Of a DNA stretch of 64,000 nucleotides, positions 17,305 through 31,056 are shown piece after piece. Under the pieces are notes generated by a model. It was not told where the DNA came from and made no database searches. It saw only the letters and a list, made by a program, of their open reading frames with translations. Positions within the stretch are counted from its first letter, which is position 1; every line of letters begins with the position of its first letter. Location of the stretch: contig JALZUR010000020.1 of NCBI GenBank assembly GCA_023301025.1, positions 1,532-65,531 on the forward strand, read 5' to 3'. The stretch is from Bdellovibrionales bacterium (GTDB lineage Bacteria; Bdellovibrionota; Bdellovibrionia; Bdellovibrionales; UBA1609). The translations under genes and the position numbers were made by a program.

Positions 17305-19434
17305 CTACTGGCTTCCACCAAATTTCGATAGAAGCTCTTTTTCAGCTTTTTTTGATAGTCTTTCATAACTTTCAAATTCCATTGAAAAGCTAGCCCTACC
17401 TTGGCTTAAAGATCTAATGTCTGTGGCATAACCAAAAAGCTGCGCTAAAGGCACATGTGCTAGCACCACTTGTTTATCTCCTTTTTGATTCATACTAAGT
17501 ATTTTTCCACCCCTAGCGTTTAAATCCCCAACAACTGACCCCACAAACTCTTCAGGAGAGGTGGCTTCAACTTTAAAAACAGGCTCATAAAGCTTCACTT
17601 CAGATTCTTTAATAGCTTTTCTCACAGCTTGGCTCGCAGCAACTCTGCAAACTCCTGCAGTGGTTTGCTCTAAATCATACTCTAACTTATCTAATGTAAT
17701 TTTTAAGTCCATCATCGGATAACCAGCAAGAGGTCCCGATGATGCGGCACCAACTGCCCCCTCTTTAACATACCTTAGCCATTCTTCTGAATCTTTTTCT
17801 TTAATTTCTACTTTTGAAATAAATACTGTACCCGTAGATTCAGATAAAGTCTCAACTGACACTCCAACACCTGCCCACTCTATACTTCCATTTACATTTC
17901 TTTCAAATTTAACTTTGGCTTTATTTAAAGACTCTACTTTTTCTCTGTAAGAGACCTGTGGCTGTCCAACATTTGCAGAGGCTTTGTACTCTTTTAAAAG
18001 ACGGTCTACTAAAATATCTAAATGAAGCTCTCCCATTCCTGACAAAAGGGTTTGTCCAGTTTCTGGATCTTCACTAACCTGACATGAAGGGTCTTCTTTT
18101 TGTAAAGCTATTAAACCATCCTCTAATTTTTTTTGATCAGCAGAAGACTTTGGTTCAATAGCAACTGAGATCACAGGATCAGGAAAACTAATGCGTTCCA
18201 AAACCACTGGTCTTTTTGAAGAGCATAAACTGTCTCCAGTGGCTGACTCTTTAAACCCAACAACTGCAGCAATATCTCCAGCCTTTACCTCTGAGATCTC
18301 TTCTCTTGAGTTAGCATGCATTTTAAAGAGTTTTCCAACGCGTTCTTTTTTACCTGTTCTTGGGTTTAAAAGCGCATCTCCTGTTTTAATAACTCCTGAG
18401 TACACTCTTATAAAATTTAGTGTTCCAGAAAAACTATCTCTTGCTACTTTAAAAAGTAAAGCACACGAAGCTTCATCAAAACTTGTCTTAACACTAATAG
18501 ATTTATCTTCTTTTTTGGGATCTTTTCCTAAAACCTCCATACGATCTAAAGGAGAGGGTAAAAAATCAAGCACTGCATCTAGTAGAGGCTGAACTCCTTT
18601 GTTTTTAAAGGCGGATCCACAAAAAACAGGGCATACTTTTAGTTCTAAGACAGCTTTTCTTAATGTAGCTTTAAGATCTTCTTCAGTAACCGCTTCACCT
18701 TCTAAATACTTTTCTAAAAGCTCATCATTATACTCGCAAATACTCTCAATCATTTGCTCTCTGTATTTATCAACTTCTGCTTTAAGTGTTTCAGTCATAG
18801 AACTCGGAAGTTCATTCGAAAGATCAACAACTTCAAATTCACTTCCTAGATCTTCTCCAGACCAGATGTAGGCTTTATAACTGATAAGATCCACTAGGCC
18901 TTTAAAGTTTTCTTCAGCTCCAATAGGATACTGAACAGCTAGTGGATTTCCACCAAGCTTTTCTCTAATACTCTCCATTGCGGGGATAAATTCAGCCCCG
19001 ACGCGGTCCATTTTGTTTATAAAGGCAATGCGTGGAACAGAATACCTATCAGCTTGTTTCCACACAGTTTCTGATTGAGGCTCTACTCCATTTACTCCGT
19101 CAAAAACTGCAACAGCCCCATCTAAAACTCTTAAAGATCTCTCAACTTCAATTGTAAAGTCCACATGTCCTGGGGTGTCTATGATATTGATCTTATGATC
19201 ATTCCAGTAACAGGTGGTGGCAGCAGAAGTAATGGTTATACCTCGCTCTTGCTCTTGCTCCATCCAATCCATAGTGGCTTGGCCATCATGAACTTCACCA
19301 ATTTTATGACTCTTACCCGTGTAGTACAGAATTCTTTCGGTGGTAGTGGTTTTACCAGCATCAATGTGAGCCATAATGCCAAAGTTTCTAGTGGATATGA
19401 GATTTTCGACTTTTTTAGGCTGCAGGTAAGACAT
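17305..19434 (-). CDS. fusA: Elongation factor G, str-linked, with divergent domain IV (EF-G2-like)
   Basis: [23 protein letters not shown] and GMGELHL are intact; the domain IV tip loops are degenerate. Confidence 0.93.
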   Translation of the reverse strand: MSYLQPKKVENLISTRNFGIMAHIDAGKTTTTERILYYTGKSHKIGEVHDGQATMDWMEQEQERGITITSAATTCYWNDHKINIIDTPGHVDFTIEVERSLRVLDGAVAVFDGVNGVEPQSETVWKQADRYSVPRIAFINKMDRVGAEFIPAMESIREKLGGNPLAVQYPIGAEENFKGLVDLISYKAYIWSGEDLGSEFEVVDLSNELPSSMTETLKAEVDKYREQMIESICEYNDELLEKYLEGEAVTEEDLKATLRKAVLELKVCPVFCGSAFKNKGVQPLLDAVLDFLPSPLDRMEVLGKDPKKEDKSISVKTSFDEASCALLFKVARDSFSGTLNFIRVYSGVIKTGDALLNPRTGKKERVGKLFKMHANSREEISEVKAGDIAAVVGFKESATGDSLCSSKRPVVLERISFPDPVISVAIEPKSSADQKKLEDGLIALQKEDPSCQVSEDPETGQTLLSGMGELHLDILVDRLLKEYKASANVGQPQVSYREKVESLNKAKVKFERNVNGSIEWAGVGVSVETLSESTGTVFISKVEIKEKDSEEWLRYVKEGAVGAASSGPLAGYPMMDLKITLDKLEYDLEQTTAGVCRVAASQAVRKAIKESEVKLYEPVFKVEATSPEEFVGSVVGDLNARGGKILSMNQKGDKQVVLAHVPLAQLFGYATDIRSLSQGRASFSMEFESYERLSKKAEKELLSKFGGSQ

Positions 19435-19521
19435 AACACCATTGTTATCATTTAATTTATAAAAGAGGTATAAATTTTTAGACTAAGTTTAGACTGAAGA
19501 CGTAACTTTTGTGTCTGAAAT

Positions 19522-19553
19522 AAAAAAAGCCGAGAGGTTACTCTTGGCTTTTT
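19522..19553 (-). terminator. Intrinsic terminator between rpsG and fusA
   Basis: Minus strand GCCAAGAG-TAAC-CTCTCGGC (one mismatch) followed by T7. Confidence 0.7.
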
Positions 19554-19598
19554 GTTATCTTAATCTGTAATGTTTAGACTGAAATGTCTAAATGTAGA

Positions 19599-20072
19599 TT
19601 ACCAGCTAAAGTGTGAGAATGCTCTGTTGGCTTCTGCCATTTTATGAACGTCTTCTCTCTTTTTAATTGAGTTTCCTCTATTGTTAAAAGCATCTGCAAG
19701 CTCTGAAGCTAAACGCTCATGCATAGATTTTTCAGATCTTGATCTTGCATAAGAAATAACCCAACGCATAGCAAGTGTTAAACGACGTGAAGGTCTAACT
19801 TCAACAGGCACTTGATATGTAGCACCACCTACTCTTCTTGATTTGACCTCTAATGCAGGTTTAATATTTTCGATAGCTTTTTTGAAAACTGTTAAAGGCT
19901 CTTCACCTGGAACTTTTTCTCTTAGAGTATCAAAAGATTTATACAAAATATTTTGAGCAACAGATTTTTTACCATCTAACATAAGACGGTTAACAAATTT
20001 AGCAACAATTGTATCGTTGTAAATAGGGTCTGGGAGAACTTCTCGTTTTACACTTCTTCTTCTACGTGACAT
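19599..20072 (-). CDS. rpsG: 30S ribosomal protein S7
   Basis: [29 protein letters not shown]. Confidence 0.99.
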   Translation of the reverse strand: MSRRRRSVKREVLPDPIYNDTIVAKFVNRLMLDGKKSVAQNILYKSFDTLREKVPGEEPLTVFKKAIENIKPALEVKSRRVGGATYQVPVEVRPSRRLTLAMRWVISYARSRSEKSMHERLASELADAFNNRGNSIKKREDVHKMAEANRAFSHFSW

Positions 20073-20091
20073 TTAATTTAATCCTTCTGAT

Positions 20092-20466
20092 TTAGCCCTT
20101 AGGCTTTTTTGCACCATATTTAGAACGGCCAGATTTTCTATCTTTAACACCTTGCGTGTCTAAAACACCACGTACAACGTGATAACGAACACCAGGTAAA
20201 TCCTTTACTCTTCCACCACGAATAAGAACAACACTGTGCTCTTGTAAGTTATGACCAATTCCAGGAATATATGAAATCACCTCAAAACCGTTAGAAAGTC
20301 TAACTTTTGCCACTTTTCTTAAGGCAGAGTTCGGTTTTTTAGGTGTAGTTGTATAAACTCTTGTGCATACACCTCTTTTTTGAGGGCATGACGCAAGCGC
20401 CGGAGAGGCAGTCTTTGATTTTTGCAGCTTTCTTTCTTTTCTAATAAGCTGGTTGATAGTAGGCAT
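20092..20466 (-). CDS. rpsL: 30S ribosomal protein S12
   Basis: [29 protein letters not shown]. Confidence 0.99.
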   Translation of the reverse strand: MPTINQLIRKERKLQKSKTASPALASCPQKRGVCTRVYTTTPKKPNSALRKVAKVRLSNGFEVISYIPGIGHNLQEHSVVLIRGGRVKDLPGVRYHVVRGVLDTQGVKDRKSGRSKYGAKKPKG

Positions 20467-20500
20467 AGTTTTCCTTTTTCCTCTATTGAAGCAAGAGCGA

Positions 20501-20529
20501 AAAGTAAAATGAGATCAACTTTTGGTCAA
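20501..20529 (-). promoter_or_regulatory. sigma70-type promoter for rpsL
   Basis: TTGACC-N17-TACTTT. Confidence 0.6.
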
Positions 20530-20577
20530 GTTAAAACCCAGTTTTTATCGCTCTATGTTTGCTTTCTTACAATTTAG

Positions 20578-23500
20578 TTACACTCGTCTTGTTGTATCAT
20601 CAGTTGTTTGGGGCGTTGCGGCCGTGCCTCCAAAACCCGGAAGAGAAGACGCAAGTCCATCATCCTCGTTGTCCACCTGAATCTTCCATCTCTTATAGGC
20701 TTGAACCCCAGTTCCAGCAGGAATTAAGCGACCCATAATGATGTTTTCTTTTAATCCATCAAGTTTATCTTCTTTAGCATTTATCGCAGCTTCAGTTAAA
20801 ACTTTTGTTGTTTCCTGAAATGATGCAGCTGAAATCCAGCTCTCGGTGCTTAAAGACACTCTTGTGATACCTAAAAGTAGAGGCACAAACTGCGCAGGCT
20901 CTCCACCCTCAGCTAAAACTCTTTCATTTTCAGACTGAACTCTAAACCTATCAACCTGCATATCATTTAAGAACACAGTGTCACCTGGAGTTGTTACAGT
21001 CACTTTTGAAAGCATCTGTCTTACGACCACTTCAATGTGCTTATCGTTAATACCCACACCCTGAAGACGATAAACTTCTTGAACCTCATTTACTAAGTAT
21101 TCAGCTAAAGCCTTCACACCTTTTACAGCTAAGACATCATGTGGATTTGTTGGTCCATCCATTAAAGCATCACCAGCTTTTACATATTCACCTTCACGAA
21201 CAGCAAAATGCTTTCCTTTAGGGATTAAGTACTCTCTGGCCTCACCAATATCTGGAGTAACAATTACTCTTTGTTTTGTTTTTACATCTTTACCAAAACT
21301 CACATAACCATCAATTTCTGTAACAATGGCAGCTTCTTTTGGTTTTCTGGCTTCAAAAAGTTCTGCAACACGCGGAAGTCCACCTGTGATGTCTCTTGTT
21401 TTTGAAGTCTCTCTGTGAAGCTTTGCTATAACATCTCCGGCGTGAACATCGACACCTTCGTTAGTCATGAGCTGTGCTCCAACTGGAATAACGTATCTAG
21501 CAGGTGTTGAACGCCCTTCAATCTTCATAGGCTCACCATTTGAATCGTTGATAATCACGGTTGGTTTGTCATCTCCAGATTTAGTATCTGTAATAACTTT
21601 TGTAGCAAAACCAGTCACAGGATCTAACTGTTCTGACATAGTTTTACCTTCAACAATTCCTAAGAAACCAATCTGACCTGTGGCCTCTGCAATGATTGGA
21701 TTTGCATATGGATCCCACTCACAAATCGTATCACCTTTTTTGACCGTATCGCCTTCTTTTACAAAAAGTGTCGTTCCATAAACCACTGACATTCTGTCTC
21801 TTTCACGGCCCTCAGAATCCATAAGTAAAATGTGGCCACTTCTGTTCATAGAAACAAGCTGACCTTTTTTATTGGTTACAGATCTAACGTCCTCTAACTT
21901 TACAACTGCATCCATTCTTGCAGTATGCACCGACTGTTCAACTGCTCTACTCGCTGTTCCACCTAAGTGAAAGGTACGCATTGTAAGCTGCGTTCCAGGC
22001 TCACCAATTGATTGTGCTGCAATAACACCAACAGCTTCACCAAGGTTAACTGTTGTACCACGAGCTAAATCTCTACCGTAACATTTTACGCAAACACCAC
22101 GTCTTGTTTTACAAGTTAATACTGAACGAATATGAATTTTATCAACACCAGCTTTATCAATCTTTTTAACATGCGCTTCAGTGATCTCTTCACCATTAGC
22201 CACAAGTAGATCTTCATTGTAAGGATCTCTAACGTCTTCTAAAACTGTACGACCTAGAACTCTTTCACCTAAAGGCTCAATGATTTCACCAGCCTCAACT
22301 AAAGCTGTCATCTCAATGCCCACTTCAGTTTTACAATCCAATTGATTGATCACAACATCTTGTGAAACATCAACCAAACGACGAGTAAGATACCCAGAGT
22401 TTGCTGTTTTTAAAGCCGTATCTGCGAGACCTTTTCTTGCTCCGTGAGTAGAGATAAAGTACTGCAAGACTGAAAGGCCTTCTCTAAAGTTTGCTGTAAT
22501 TGGCGTTTCAATAATTTCACCAGAAGGTTTGGCCATTAAACCCCTCATCCCAGCAAGCTGTCTGATCTGTGCAGCAGAACCCCTGGCACCAGAGTCAGCC
22601 ATTACAAAGATAGAGTTAAAGCTATCATCAACCACTTCTTTACCTTCAACTGCAAACTTTTCAGTTTCAATTCCGGCCATCATGACTTTTGCAACTTTAT
22701 CACCAGTTTGAGCCCAAATATCCACAACTTTGTTATAGCGCTCACCATCGGTAATTAAACCTTCATCATATTGAGCTTCAATTTCTAAAACTTCACTCTC
22801 AGCAGTTTCAATCATTTCTTTTTTCGTGGCAGGAATTTTTAAATCATCTAAACAGATAGAGATTCCAGCTTTTGTAGAATAGGTAAAACCCATCTCCATA
22901 ATTCTATCAGCTAAAATTGCCGTAGACTTACCACCAGCTAAACGAAATGATCTATCGATAAGTTCAGCAAGCTGTTTTTTACCTAAAGGTTTATTGATCA
23001 CATCAAAAGGAACCTCTGCAGGTAAAACATCACTAAAGATAACTCTACCAATTGAAGTTTCATAAATTTTTCCTTGGACTCTTGCTTTTACTTGAGCTTG
23101 CAAGTGAACGTCCCCTGACTCATGAGCGTATAAAACTTCGTTTACACTTCCAAAAAGTCTTCCTGTACCTTTTGCTCCGGGTCTAATACGAGTCATCCAG
23201 TAACATCCAAGCACAATATCTTGCGAAGGATTGATAACTGGTTTTCCGTTTGCAGGAGATAAAATATTGTTTGTAGACATCATTAGAACACGAGCTTCAA
23301 CCTGTGCTTCCACAGACAAAGGAACATGAACAGCCATTTGATCTCCATCAAAATCGGCATTAAAAGCTGTACAAACTAATGGATGTAAACGAATCGCTTT
23401 ACCTTCATGAAGAACAGGTTCAAAGGCTTGAATACCAAGTCTGTGAAGTGTTGGAGCTCTGTTAAGCATTACAGGATGTTCTTTAACAACTTCAGATAAA

Positions 23501-24732
23501 ATATCCCAAACTTCAACAGCTTCATCTTCAACCATTTTTTTAGCTTGCTTGATAGTTGTGGCAAATCCACGCTCTTCTAGTTTTGCAAAGATAAAAGGTT
23601 TAAAAAGTTCTAAAGCCATCTTCTTAGGAAGACCACATTGGTGAAGTTTTAAATTTGGACCCACAACAATAACCGAACGACCAGAATAGTCCACACGCTT
23701 ACCAAGTAGATTTTGTCTAAAACGACCATGCTTACCCTTAAGCATATCACTTAGGGATTTAAGTGGACGTTTGTTTGCACCTGTAAATGTTTTTCCACGA
23801 CGACCGTTGTCTAAAAGAGCATCAACTGCTTCTTGAAGCATACGTTTTTCGTTTCTTATAATGATATCAGGAGCGTTTAACTCTTGAAGTCTTTTTAAAC
23901 GATTGTTTCTGTTGATCACTCGTCTATAAAGATCGTTTAAATCAGAAGTTGCAAACCTACCACCATCTAGCGGAACTAAAGGTCTTAGATCCGGTGGAAT
24001 TACAGGAAGAATACTAAGCATCATCCATTCAGGTTTATTAGAGTTACCTTGAAAGGCTTCTAAAACTTTAAGTCTTTTCGTTAGTTTTTTAATTGCAGCT
24101 TCAGATTTTGCATCTTTAAGCTCAAGTCTTAACTTCTTACAAAGATAATCAACATCAACATTTTTTAAAAGTTCTAGTACACCAGTTCCACCAATATCAG
24201 CTTTAAAGTTTGGACCAAACTCTTCTAAAGCAGCTTGATAAGCTTCTTCGCCTAAAACCTGCCCCTCTTCTAAAGTAGTCTCCATTGGATCTGTTACAAC
24301 AAAAGCTTCACAGTAAAGAACTCGCTCAACGTCTTTTAATGTTAGATTTAAAATATTACCAATACGACTTGGAAGAGATCTTAAAAACCAAATGTGAGCC
24401 ACTGATGAAGCAAGTTCAATGTGACCCATACGCTCACGTCTAACCTTAGACTGCGTTACTTCAACACCACACTTTTCACACACTACACCTCTAAACTTCA
24501 TACGTTTGTATTTTCCACACAAGCATTCGTAGTCTTTTATGGGACCAAAAATCTTTGCACAAAATAAACCATCGCGTTCAGGCTTAAATGTTCTGTAGTT
24601 AATTGTTTCTGGTTTTTTCACTTCACCAAAAGACCAGCTCTTAATAAGGTCTGGAGAGGCGAGGCCAATTTTTACCCCTTCAAAAGCTAGAGGATCTTTG
24701 GGCTTATCAAAAAAGTTTAATAAATCTTTCAA
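20578..24732 (-). CDS. rpoC: RNA polymerase beta' subunit
   Basis: [12 protein letters not shown] catalytic motif, N-terminal Zn finger, TTG start. Confidence 0.99.
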   Translation of the reverse strand: MKDLLNFFDKPKDPLAFEGVKIGLASPDLIKSWSFGEVKKPETINYRTFKPERDGLFCAKIFGPIKDYECLCGKYKRMKFRGVVCEKCGVEVTQSKVRRERMGHIELASSVAHIWFLRSLPSRIGNILNLTLKDVERVLYCEAFVVTDPMETTLEEGQVLGEEAYQAALEEFGPNFKADIGGTGVLELLKNVDVDYLCKKLRLELKDAKSEAAIKKLTKRLKVLEAFQGNSNKPEWMMLSILPVIPPDLRPLVPLDGGRFATSDLNDLYRRVINRNNRLKRLQELNAPDIIIRNEKRMLQEAVDALLDNGRRGKTFTGANKRPLKSLSDMLKGKHGRFRQNLLGKRVDYSGRSVIVVGPNLKLHQCGLPKKMALELFKPFIFAKLEERGFATTIKQAKKMVEDEAVEVWDILSEVVKEHPVMLNRAPTLHRLGIQAFEPVLHEGKAIRLHPLVCTAFNADFDGDQMAVHVPLSVEAQVEARVLMMSTNNILSPANGKPVINPSQDIVLGCYWMTRIRPGAKGTGRLFGSVNEVLYAHESGDVHLQAQVKARVQGKIYETSIGRVIFSDVLPAEVPFDVINKPLGKKQLAELIDRSFRLAGGKSTAILADRIMEMGFTYSTKAGISICLDDLKIPATKKEMIETAESEVLEIEAQYDEGLITDGERYNKVVDIWAQTGDKVAKVMMAGIETEKFAVEGKEVVDDSFNSIFVMADSGARGSAAQIRQLAGMRGLMAKPSGEIIETPITANFREGLSVLQYFISTHGARKGLADTALKTANSGYLTRRLVDVSQDVVINQLDCKTEVGIEMTALVEAGEIIEPLGERVLGRTVLEDVRDPYNEDLLVANGEEITEAHVKKIDKAGVDKIHIRSVLTCKTRRGVCVKCYGRDLARGTTVNLGEAVGVIAAQSIGEPGTQLTMRTFHLGGTASRAVEQSVHTARMDAVVKLEDVRSVTNKKGQLVSMNRSGHILLMDSEGRERDRMSVVYGTTLFVKEGDTVKKGDTICEWDPYANPIIAEATGQIGFLGIVEGKTMSEQLDPVTGFATKVITDTKSGDDKPTVIINDSNGEPMKIEGRSTPARYVIPVGAQLMTNEGVDVHAGDVIAKLHRETSKTRDITGGLPRVAELFEARKPKEAAIVTEIDGYVSFGKDVKTKQRVIVTPDIGEAREYLIPKGKHFAVREGEYVKAGDALMDGPTNPHDVLAVKGVKALAEYLVNEVQEVYRLQGVGINDKHIEVVVRQMLSKVTVTTPGDTVFLNDMQVDRFRVQSENERVLAEGGEPAQFVPLLLGITRVSLSTESWISAASFQETTKVLTEAAINAKEDKLDGLKENIIMGRLIPAGTGVQAYKRWKIQVDNEDDGLASSLPGFGGTAATPQTTDDTTRRV

Positions 24733-24747
24733 CTGCGTACTCCTTTA

Positions 24748-27700
24748 CTACTGTAATTCCGCTTGAGGTTTAACTGCGCCTTCATCATCGTTGGTCAACA
24801 TATCTGATTCAATAAGCTGTACATCTAAAGCCAAACTCTGAAGTTCTTTTAATAAAACGTTAAAGGACTCAGGTAGACCTGGCTCAAGCACATACTCACC
24901 TTTAACAATACTTTCATACATTCTAGTTCTTCCAGCAACATCATCTGATTTAACAGTTAAAAACTCTTGCAGACAGTAAGCAGCACCATAAGCTTCTATG
25001 GCCCAAACCTCCATCTCACCTAGTCTTTGACCACCAAACTGCGCCTTACCACCTAATGGCTGTTGAGACACAAGTGAATACGGCCCAATAGATCTTGCAT
25101 GGAGTTTTTCTTCAACCAAATGGTGAAGCTTAAGCATGTACATGATTCCAACTGTTACTGGGTTTTCAAAAGCCTGACCTGTACGACCATCAAACAAAAT
25201 AGTTTGGCCAGTCGTTGGCAAATTGGCTCTTGTCAAAAGCTCTTTAATTTCACTCTCTCTAGCTCCATCAAATACAGGAGTAGCCAAATGAATTCCGTTT
25301 CTAACTTTTTCAGCCATGGTCTTGATAGATGCTCTGTCTGCTTTTTCAAGCTTTTCAGAAATCTCATCATCGCCATAAACCATTTGAAGATGCTTCCTAA
25401 CTTTATCTTCTTCAAACTCTTCAAGCATTTCATCAATTTGTTTACCTAAAGCTCTTGCAGCGGCACCTAAGTGGATTTCTAAAACCTGACCGATGTTCAT
25501 TCTTGACGGTACACCAAGCGGATTTAAAACCATGTCTACTGGAGTTCCATCATCAAGATATGGCATATCTTCAACAGGTAGTACTTTTGAAATCACACCT
25601 TTGTTTCCGTGACGGCCGGCAAATTTATCACCCACTTGAAGCTTTCTTTTAATGGCTACATAAACTTTAACCATTTTAACTACACCAGGAGGTAGTTCAT
25701 CACCTTTAAATAGATTGTCAATTTTATCATCGAAAACCAATTTAATAGCTTCTAATTTATTACGAGCACCATCAACAATTCTTACAACTTGCTCTTCAAA
25801 AGCAGGCTCTAAAGGAAGATAGCTTAACAACTCAAACGGAATACTTTCTAAATCAGCGTCAGTAATTTTATCACCTTCGTTGAGTAAAACTTTTGATCCA
25901 TCTTCGTTTAAAAGCTCACCTATTGTTTTTTGACCAATCAAAATACCTTTAAGTTTATCAAGGGCTGTGTTTTTAATAACGTTTTGTTCAATCTCAAAGT
26001 CTTTTTGCATCTTAATTTTTTTGTCATTAAGTATACTTAAAAGTCTTTCACTTTGATTGGATGTATCTCTTGAATAAACTTGTGCATCAATAACTGTGCC
26101 TTTTACTCCAGATGGAACTCTTAAAGAAGTATCTCTAACATCTCCGGCTTTATCACCAAATATTGCTCTTAAAAGTTTTTCTTCAGGCGAAAGCTGAGTT
26201 TCACCTTTTGGTGTAACCTTACCCACTAGAATGTCACCAGGTTTAACCTCAGCTCCTATTCTAATAATACCAGAAGCATCAAGCTCAGATAAAGCCTCTT
26301 CACCAACATTTGCGATGTCTCTAGTGATCTCTTCTTTACCTAACTTTGTATCACGCGCCAGACACTCAAACTCTTCAACGTGAACTGAAGTGTAAACATC
26401 ATCTTTAATAAGTCGTTCTGAGATTAAGATAGAATCTTCAAAGTTATAACCCATCCAAGGCGTAAATGCGACGAGGATATTTTGACCTAAAGCTAACTCA
26501 CCAAGCTCTGAAGATGGACCATCAGCGATGACATCCCCTTTGCCCACAGCATCACCAAGTCTGACAATAGGTCTTTGGTTAAAGCATGTGTTTTGGTTCG
26601 TTCTTTGATATTTAATCAAATTGTAAATATCAATGTTTGCACCAAGCTCTCCACCACGTGCAAAACGACGGATAACAATTCTTGAAGCATCAACCTGCTC
26701 TACAATTCCATCATTTGTAGCAACAACTGAAGTTCCAGAATCTTTTGCCACCAAACGCTCAACACCTGTCCCTACAAGTGGTGCGCAAGCTTTTAAAAGA
26801 GGAACAGCTTGTCTCTGCATATTTGAGCCCATAAGTGCTCTGTTGGCATCATCGTGCTCTAAAAATGGAATCAAAGAAGCAGCAATTGAAACTAACTGAC
26901 TCGGTGAAACATCCATAAGACTAACATCTTCTTTGTTTACAATTTCATATTCACCATCGTGTCTAACGTTCACTTTGTCTTGGGTGATCTTATCCACTTT
27001 TCTTTCATTGCGATCAACCTGCGCAATTTTTTGCCCAGCCTCTTGCAGTGCAGATGTGTATTTGATCTCTTCAGAGATTTTACCCTCATCAACAGATCTA
27101 TAAGGTGTTTCAATAAATCCATGTTTATTAATACGCGCGTAAGTAGCAAGGGATGCGATTAAACCAATGTTTGGACCCTCAGGTGTCTCAATTGGGCAAA
27201 TACGACCATAATGCGTAGGATGTACATCTCTAACCTCAAAGCCCGCTCTATCTCTTGTTAAACCACCGGGTCCAAGAGCTGAAAGTCGTCTTTTGTGTGT
27301 GATTTCAGAAAGTGGATTTGTTTGATCCATAAACTGAGAAAGCTGACTTGAGCCAAAAAACTCTTTTACAACAGCGTTAACAGGTTTTGCATTGATAAGA
27401 TCATGAGGCATCATAGTCTCTAAATCTTGAAGACTCATTCTTTCTTTGATGGATCTTTCCATACGAACCAAACCAACACGGTATTGGTTTTCTAAAAGTT
27501 CACCAACAGACCTTACACGACGATTACCTAAGTGATCGATATCATCCACTAAACCTTGACCATTTTTAAGATTGATCATGGTTTTAACAACAAACATGAT
27601 ATCATCATTGGTAAGAGTTTGCTTTTCAATAGGCTTTTCTTCAAAATCAAAGTTAAATCTGTGATTGATCTTTAGACGACCTACTTCGCTTAGGTCGTAT

Positions 27701-28911
27701 GTTTCTGGATCAAAAAAGAGTTTGTTAAAAAAGGCTTCTGCCGCTTCAATTGTTGGCGGCTCACCTGGTCTTAGTCGCTTGTAAATATCAATTAAAGCCT
27801 CACCTTTTGTAGAAACCTTATCTACTAAAAGTGTGTTTCTTAAGTAAGGTCCAACAGATAAACCATCAAAAAATATAACAGAAAATTCGTTAACACCTAA
27901 TGATTTAGCCTGGTCTAAAACTTCCGTAGTTGTCTCAGAGTTAATATCAGCAACAATTTCACCTGTTGCAAAATCAACAATTGGCTTAGTTAAAGTTTTT
28001 CCAACCATGTCCTCTGGAGAGATTTCAATTCTTTCTAGCTTAGCCTCTTTCATTTTACGAACAACAGCGCGTGTAACACGACGCCCTTCTTTTACTAAGA
28101 CCTCACCACTCTTCGGATCTTTAATATCAGAAAGTGCTCTTTGCCCGGAAAGACTATCGATATCAATATATCTAAAGTACTGACCGTTTTCATAAACAAC
28201 TCTATCAGAGTCATAAAAGAAATTTAGAAGTTCTTCATCATTGTAACCAAGTGCTTTTAATAAAACTGTAACTGGAAACTTACGTCTTCTATCAATTCTG
28301 CAATAGAGTAAATCTTTTTGATCAAATTCAAAGTCTAACCATGAACCTCTATACGGGATCACCCTAGCACTGTATAAAAATTTACCTGTTGTACTGCCCT
28401 TACCACCATCGTGATCAAAGAAAACACCAGGCGAACGGTGAAGCTGACTTACAACAACTCTTTCTGTTCCATTAACAATAAATGAACCATTTCTTGTCAT
28501 TAAAGGAATTTCACCAAGATAGACTTCTTGCTCTTTAACATCTCTGATGGATTTAGCCTCTGTGGCCTCATCAATATCAAAAACAATTAAACGAAGAGTC
28601 ACTTTTAACGGGGACGCAAAAGTCATCCCTCTTTGTCTACACTCATCAACGTCATATTTAGGGGGTTCTAAAGTATAGCCCACAAACTCTAAACTAGAAG
28701 TTCCATTAAAATCTGTGATTGGAAAAACAGATTTAAAAACACCCTCTAATCCAGTATTTTCTCTTCTTTCAAAATCAAACTCTTTTTGTAAAAAGTCTTC
28801 GTATGATTTTTTCTGAAGCAATATTAAATTTGGAATATCGATAACTACACTGTTTTTAGCGAAGCTTTTTCTAAGCCTAATGTTAGAAGCTGTAACCGCT
28901 TTTTTAGCCAT
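24748..28911 (-). CDS. rpoB: RNA polymerase beta subunit
   Basis: [41 protein letters not shown] at 28911 after GGAG is preferred over the track GTG at 28929. Confidence 0.99.
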   Translation of the reverse strand: MAKKAVTASNIRLRKSFAKNSVVIDIPNLILLQKKSYEDFLQKEFDFERRENTGLEGVFKSVFPITDFNGTSSLEFVGYTLEPPKYDVDECRQRGMTFASPLKVTLRLIVFDIDEATEAKSIRDVKEQEVYLGEIPLMTRNGSFIVNGTERVVVSQLHRSPGVFFDHDGGKGSTTGKFLYSARVIPYRGSWLDFEFDQKDLLYCRIDRRRKFPVTVLLKALGYNDEELLNFFYDSDRVVYENGQYFRYIDIDSLSGQRALSDIKDPKSGEVLVKEGRRVTRAVVRKMKEAKLERIEISPEDMVGKTLTKPIVDFATGEIVADINSETTTEVLDQAKSLGVNEFSVIFFDGLSVGPYLRNTLLVDKVSTKGEALIDIYKRLRPGEPPTIEAAEAFFNKLFFDPETYDLSEVGRLKINHRFNFDFEEKPIEKQTLTNDDIMFVVKTMINLKNGQGLVDDIDHLGNRRVRSVGELLENQYRVGLVRMERSIKERMSLQDLETMMPHDLINAKPVNAVVKEFFGSSQLSQFMDQTNPLSEITHKRRLSALGPGGLTRDRAGFEVRDVHPTHYGRICPIETPEGPNIGLIASLATYARINKHGFIETPYRSVDEGKISEEIKYTSALQEAGQKIAQVDRNERKVDKITQDKVNVRHDGEYEIVNKEDVSLMDVSPSQLVSIAASLIPFLEHDDANRALMGSNMQRQAVPLLKACAPLVGTGVERLVAKDSGTSVVATNDGIVEQVDASRIVIRRFARGGELGANIDIYNLIKYQRTNQNTCFNQRPIVRLGDAVGKGDVIADGPSSELGELALGQNILVAFTPWMGYNFEDSILISERLIKDDVYTSVHVEEFECLARDTKLGKEEITRDIANVGEEALSELDASGIIRIGAEVKPGDILVGKVTPKGETQLSPEEKLLRAIFGDKAGDVRDTSLRVPSGVKGTVIDAQVYSRDTSNQSERLLSILNDKKIKMQKDFEIEQNVIKNTALDKLKGILIGQKTIGELLNEDGSKVLLNEGDKITDADLESIPFELLSYLPLEPAFEEQVVRIVDGARNKLEAIKLVFDDKIDNLFKGDELPPGVVKMVKVYVAIKRKLQVGDKFAGRHGNKGVISKVLPVEDMPYLDDGTPVDMVLNPLGVPSRMNIGQVLEIHLGAAARALGKQIDEMLEEFEEDKVRKHLQMVYGDDEISEKLEKADRASIKTMAEKVRNGIHLATPVFDGARESEIKELLTRANLPTTGQTILFDGRTGQAFENPVTVGIMYMLKLHHLVEEKLHARSIGPYSLVSQQPLGGKAQFGGQRLGEMEVWAIEAYGAAYCLQEFLTVKSDDVAGRTRMYESIVKGEYVLEPGLPESFNVLLKELQSLALDVQLIESDMLTNDDEGAVKPQAELQ

Positions 28912-29107
28912 ATATTTTATTCTCCACACTCATATGAGTTTGATCAATGAAGTCTTTTTAAAAGACTACCTGTCAATTTTTCTAATTATAAATACGCCTT
29001 ACTTCTAAGACGTTGTTTTTAAGCTTTATTTTAAGTTTAATGATCTTTGTGTTTGTAGATATTTTTTATCTTTACAGCCACATACATTAAAAAAACAAAA
29101 CTCATAT

Positions 29108-29139
29108 TAAACCCCAGGCCATTTATAAAAAGCCTGGGT
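29108..29139 (-). terminator. Terminator/attenuator after rplL
   Basis: CCCAGGC/GCCTGGG 7-bp stem (29113-29138) with a weak U-tail. Confidence 0.5.
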
Positions 29140-29160
29140 ATACATGTTAGTAAAAACCAA

Positions 29161-29532
29161 TTACTTGATTTCTACAGTAGCGCCGGCTTTCTCTAAAGAT
29201 TCTTTTACTTTATCAGCCTCATCTTTAGGGATACCTTCTTTAACTGCCTTAGGTGCACTTTCAACAAGCTCTTTTGCTTCTTTAAGTCCAAGACCAGTGA
29301 TTGCTCTTACTTCTTTGATCACATTAATTTTACTTGCTCCAGCTCCAGCTAGGATCACATCAAATTCAGTTTTCTCTTCAGAAGCAGCAGCTCCACCAGC
29401 ACCAGCTGCAGCTACGGCTACAGGTGCAGCAGCACTTACGCCCCACTTTTCTTCTAACATCTTTACAAGTTCAGCTACCTCTAAGACAGGTAGAGTTGAT
29501 AGTTCATCAACAATTTTATTTAAATCAGCCAT
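29161..29532 (-). CDS. rplL: 50S ribosomal protein L7/L12
   Basis: [30 protein letters not shown]. Confidence 0.99.
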   Translation of the reverse strand: MADLNKIVDELSTLPVLEVAELVKMLEEKWGVSAAAPVAVAAAGAGGAAASEEKTEFDVILAGAGASKINVIKEVRAITGLGLKEAKELVESAPKAVKEGIPKDEADKVKESLEKAGATVEIK

Positions 29533-29635
29533 TCTATTTTTCCTCCAAAATTATTATAAATACTGAAAATTTGTCTATTATTTTAAGTTTTAATTAACAA
29601 AGTCTTATTGATTTTGTTAATAATGCTTTTACTTT

Positions 29636-30166
29636 TTATGCTTCATTTTGCTTGTCTGAGTAAGCTTTCAATACGGTGACCATACCTTGCGGTACTCCTG
29701 CTAAAGCTCTCGCAAGTTGACTTGCTGGGGCTTGTAGAGTCCCTAAAAGCTTAGCTCTTAGTTCATCTTTACCAGGTAGAGTTGCTAAGAACTTAATTCT
29801 GTTCTCATCTAACTCTTCACCACCCATAACACCACCCTTAATCTTGAGACATTCAAGATCTTTAGCAAAACCAGTTAAGGTTTTGGCAGATGCTGGGGCT
29901 TCTTCATAAGCAAAAACAAAAGCGTTTGTACCAACTAGCTTTTCTGAGAGTACTGCACTTTCCTGTTCGTGGTCGGCTAAAGCTCTTTTCGCTAGAGTGT
30001 TTCTAGCTACTTTCAACTCTGATCCAACAGATCTTAGAGCTTTTCTAACCTCTGTGACCTCTTCCACACTTAGACCCTTAAAGTCTACCAGGAATGCTGC
30101 TTTGGACTGCTCAAATTTACTAGCTAGATCTTTTACAAGCTCTGCTTTTCTTTGACGTGTAAGCAA
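29636..30166 (-). CDS. rplJ: 50S ribosomal protein L10
   Basis: VARNTL, ATLPGKDELRAKLLG; position between rplA and rplL. Confidence 0.97.
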   Translation of the reverse strand: MLTRQRKAELVKDLASKFEQSKAAFLVDFKGLSVEEVTEVRKALRSVGSELKVARNTLAKRALADHEQESAVLSEKLVGTNAFVFAYEEAPASAKTLTGFAKDLECLKIKGGVMGGEELDENRIKFLATLPGKDELRAKLLGTLQAPASQLARALAGVPQGMVTVLKAYSDKQNEA

Positions 30167-30191
30167 TGTTCTATCCTCCTTTCTATTATTT

Positions 30192-30310
30192 CTTTAGCTT
30201 TAGGCAGAAAGGGAATCCCTTACCTCACCTGGCCACAACCTATGAAAGTTGCAATTAAGCCATTAGTCTTTAAAAGCTAATGGCGCCATGGTATCTCTGG
30301 CCTGCTAAAG
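30192..30310 (-). promoter_or_regulatory. L10 leader (autoregulatory RNA)
   Basis: Minus strand AGATACCATGG..hairpin GCCATTAG/CTAATGGC..CTTAA..CCAGGTGAGG, enclosed by CTTTAGC/GCTAAAG. This matches the layout of rplJ leaders. Confidence 0.65.
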
Positions 30311-30351
30311 ATTATAAATCTTATTAATCTAAAATCTTTTTAGTTAAATTT

Positions 30352-31056
30352 TTAATTCACCAAAGACTGAGCATCTGATGTGTCTAGTTTTATACCTGGA
30401 CCCATAGTTGATGAAACAGTCATTGTTTTTAAATAAACACCTTTGCTTGATGAAGGCTTAGCCTTCATTATGCTTGTAATAAATGCAGAAAAATTATCTT
30501 TAAGTTTATCAGCACCCATTGAGGCTTTACCAATAGTTGCATGGACAACACCTTGTTTTTCAACACGGTAGCTAAGCTTACCTTTTTTCTCTGCAGTCAC
30601 AGCATCACCAATGTTTAGTGTCACAGTTCCTACTTTTGGATTGGGCATCATGCCTCTTGGACCTAAAATCTTTGCAACTTTTGATACAGTAACCATCATG
30701 TCAGGTGTAGCCAAAGCCTTATCGAAATCTAACCAACCACCTTTGATTTTTTCAACTAGATCATCACCACCAACAAAATCTGCACCTGCAGCTTTGGCCT
30801 CTTCTTCTTTTGGTCCTTTTGCAAAGACTAAAATACGAACCTCTTTACCGAGTCCATGAGGAAGAGAAACTGCTCCTCTAACCTGCTGATCTGACTGTTT
30901 TGGATCAACTCCAAGACGAACAGCAAAGTCTACAGACTCATCAAATTTTGCTTTTGGAGAGTCTACAAGAATATTCAGAGCCTCAGCTACTGGATATTTT
31001 TTATCTCTATCATATTTACTTTTAATACTTTTTGTTCTTTTAGAAACTTTTGCCAT
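30352..31056 (-). CDS. rplA: 50S ribosomal protein L1
   Basis: KFDESV, LPHGLGK, LGPRGMMPNPK, SSTMGPG. Confidence 0.99.
   Translation of the reverse strand: MAKVSKRTKSIKSKYDRDKKYPVAEALNILVDSPKAKFDESVDFAVRLGVDPKQSDQQVRGAVSLPHGLGKEVRILVFAKGPKEEEAKAAGADFVGGDDLVEKIKGGWLDFDKALATPDMMVTVSKVAKILGPRGMMPNPKVGTVTLNIGDAVTAEKKGKLSYRVEKQGVVHATIGKASMGADKLKDNFSAFITSIMKAKPSSSKGVYLKTMTVSSTMGPGIKLDTSDAQSLVN

Noticed and set aside
28928-28967. Palindromes ACTCATATGAGT and AGTCTTTT-T-AAAAGACT upstream of rpoB
   Set aside because: Short AT-rich dyads with no second occurrence or recognisable regulator; not distinguishable from chance.
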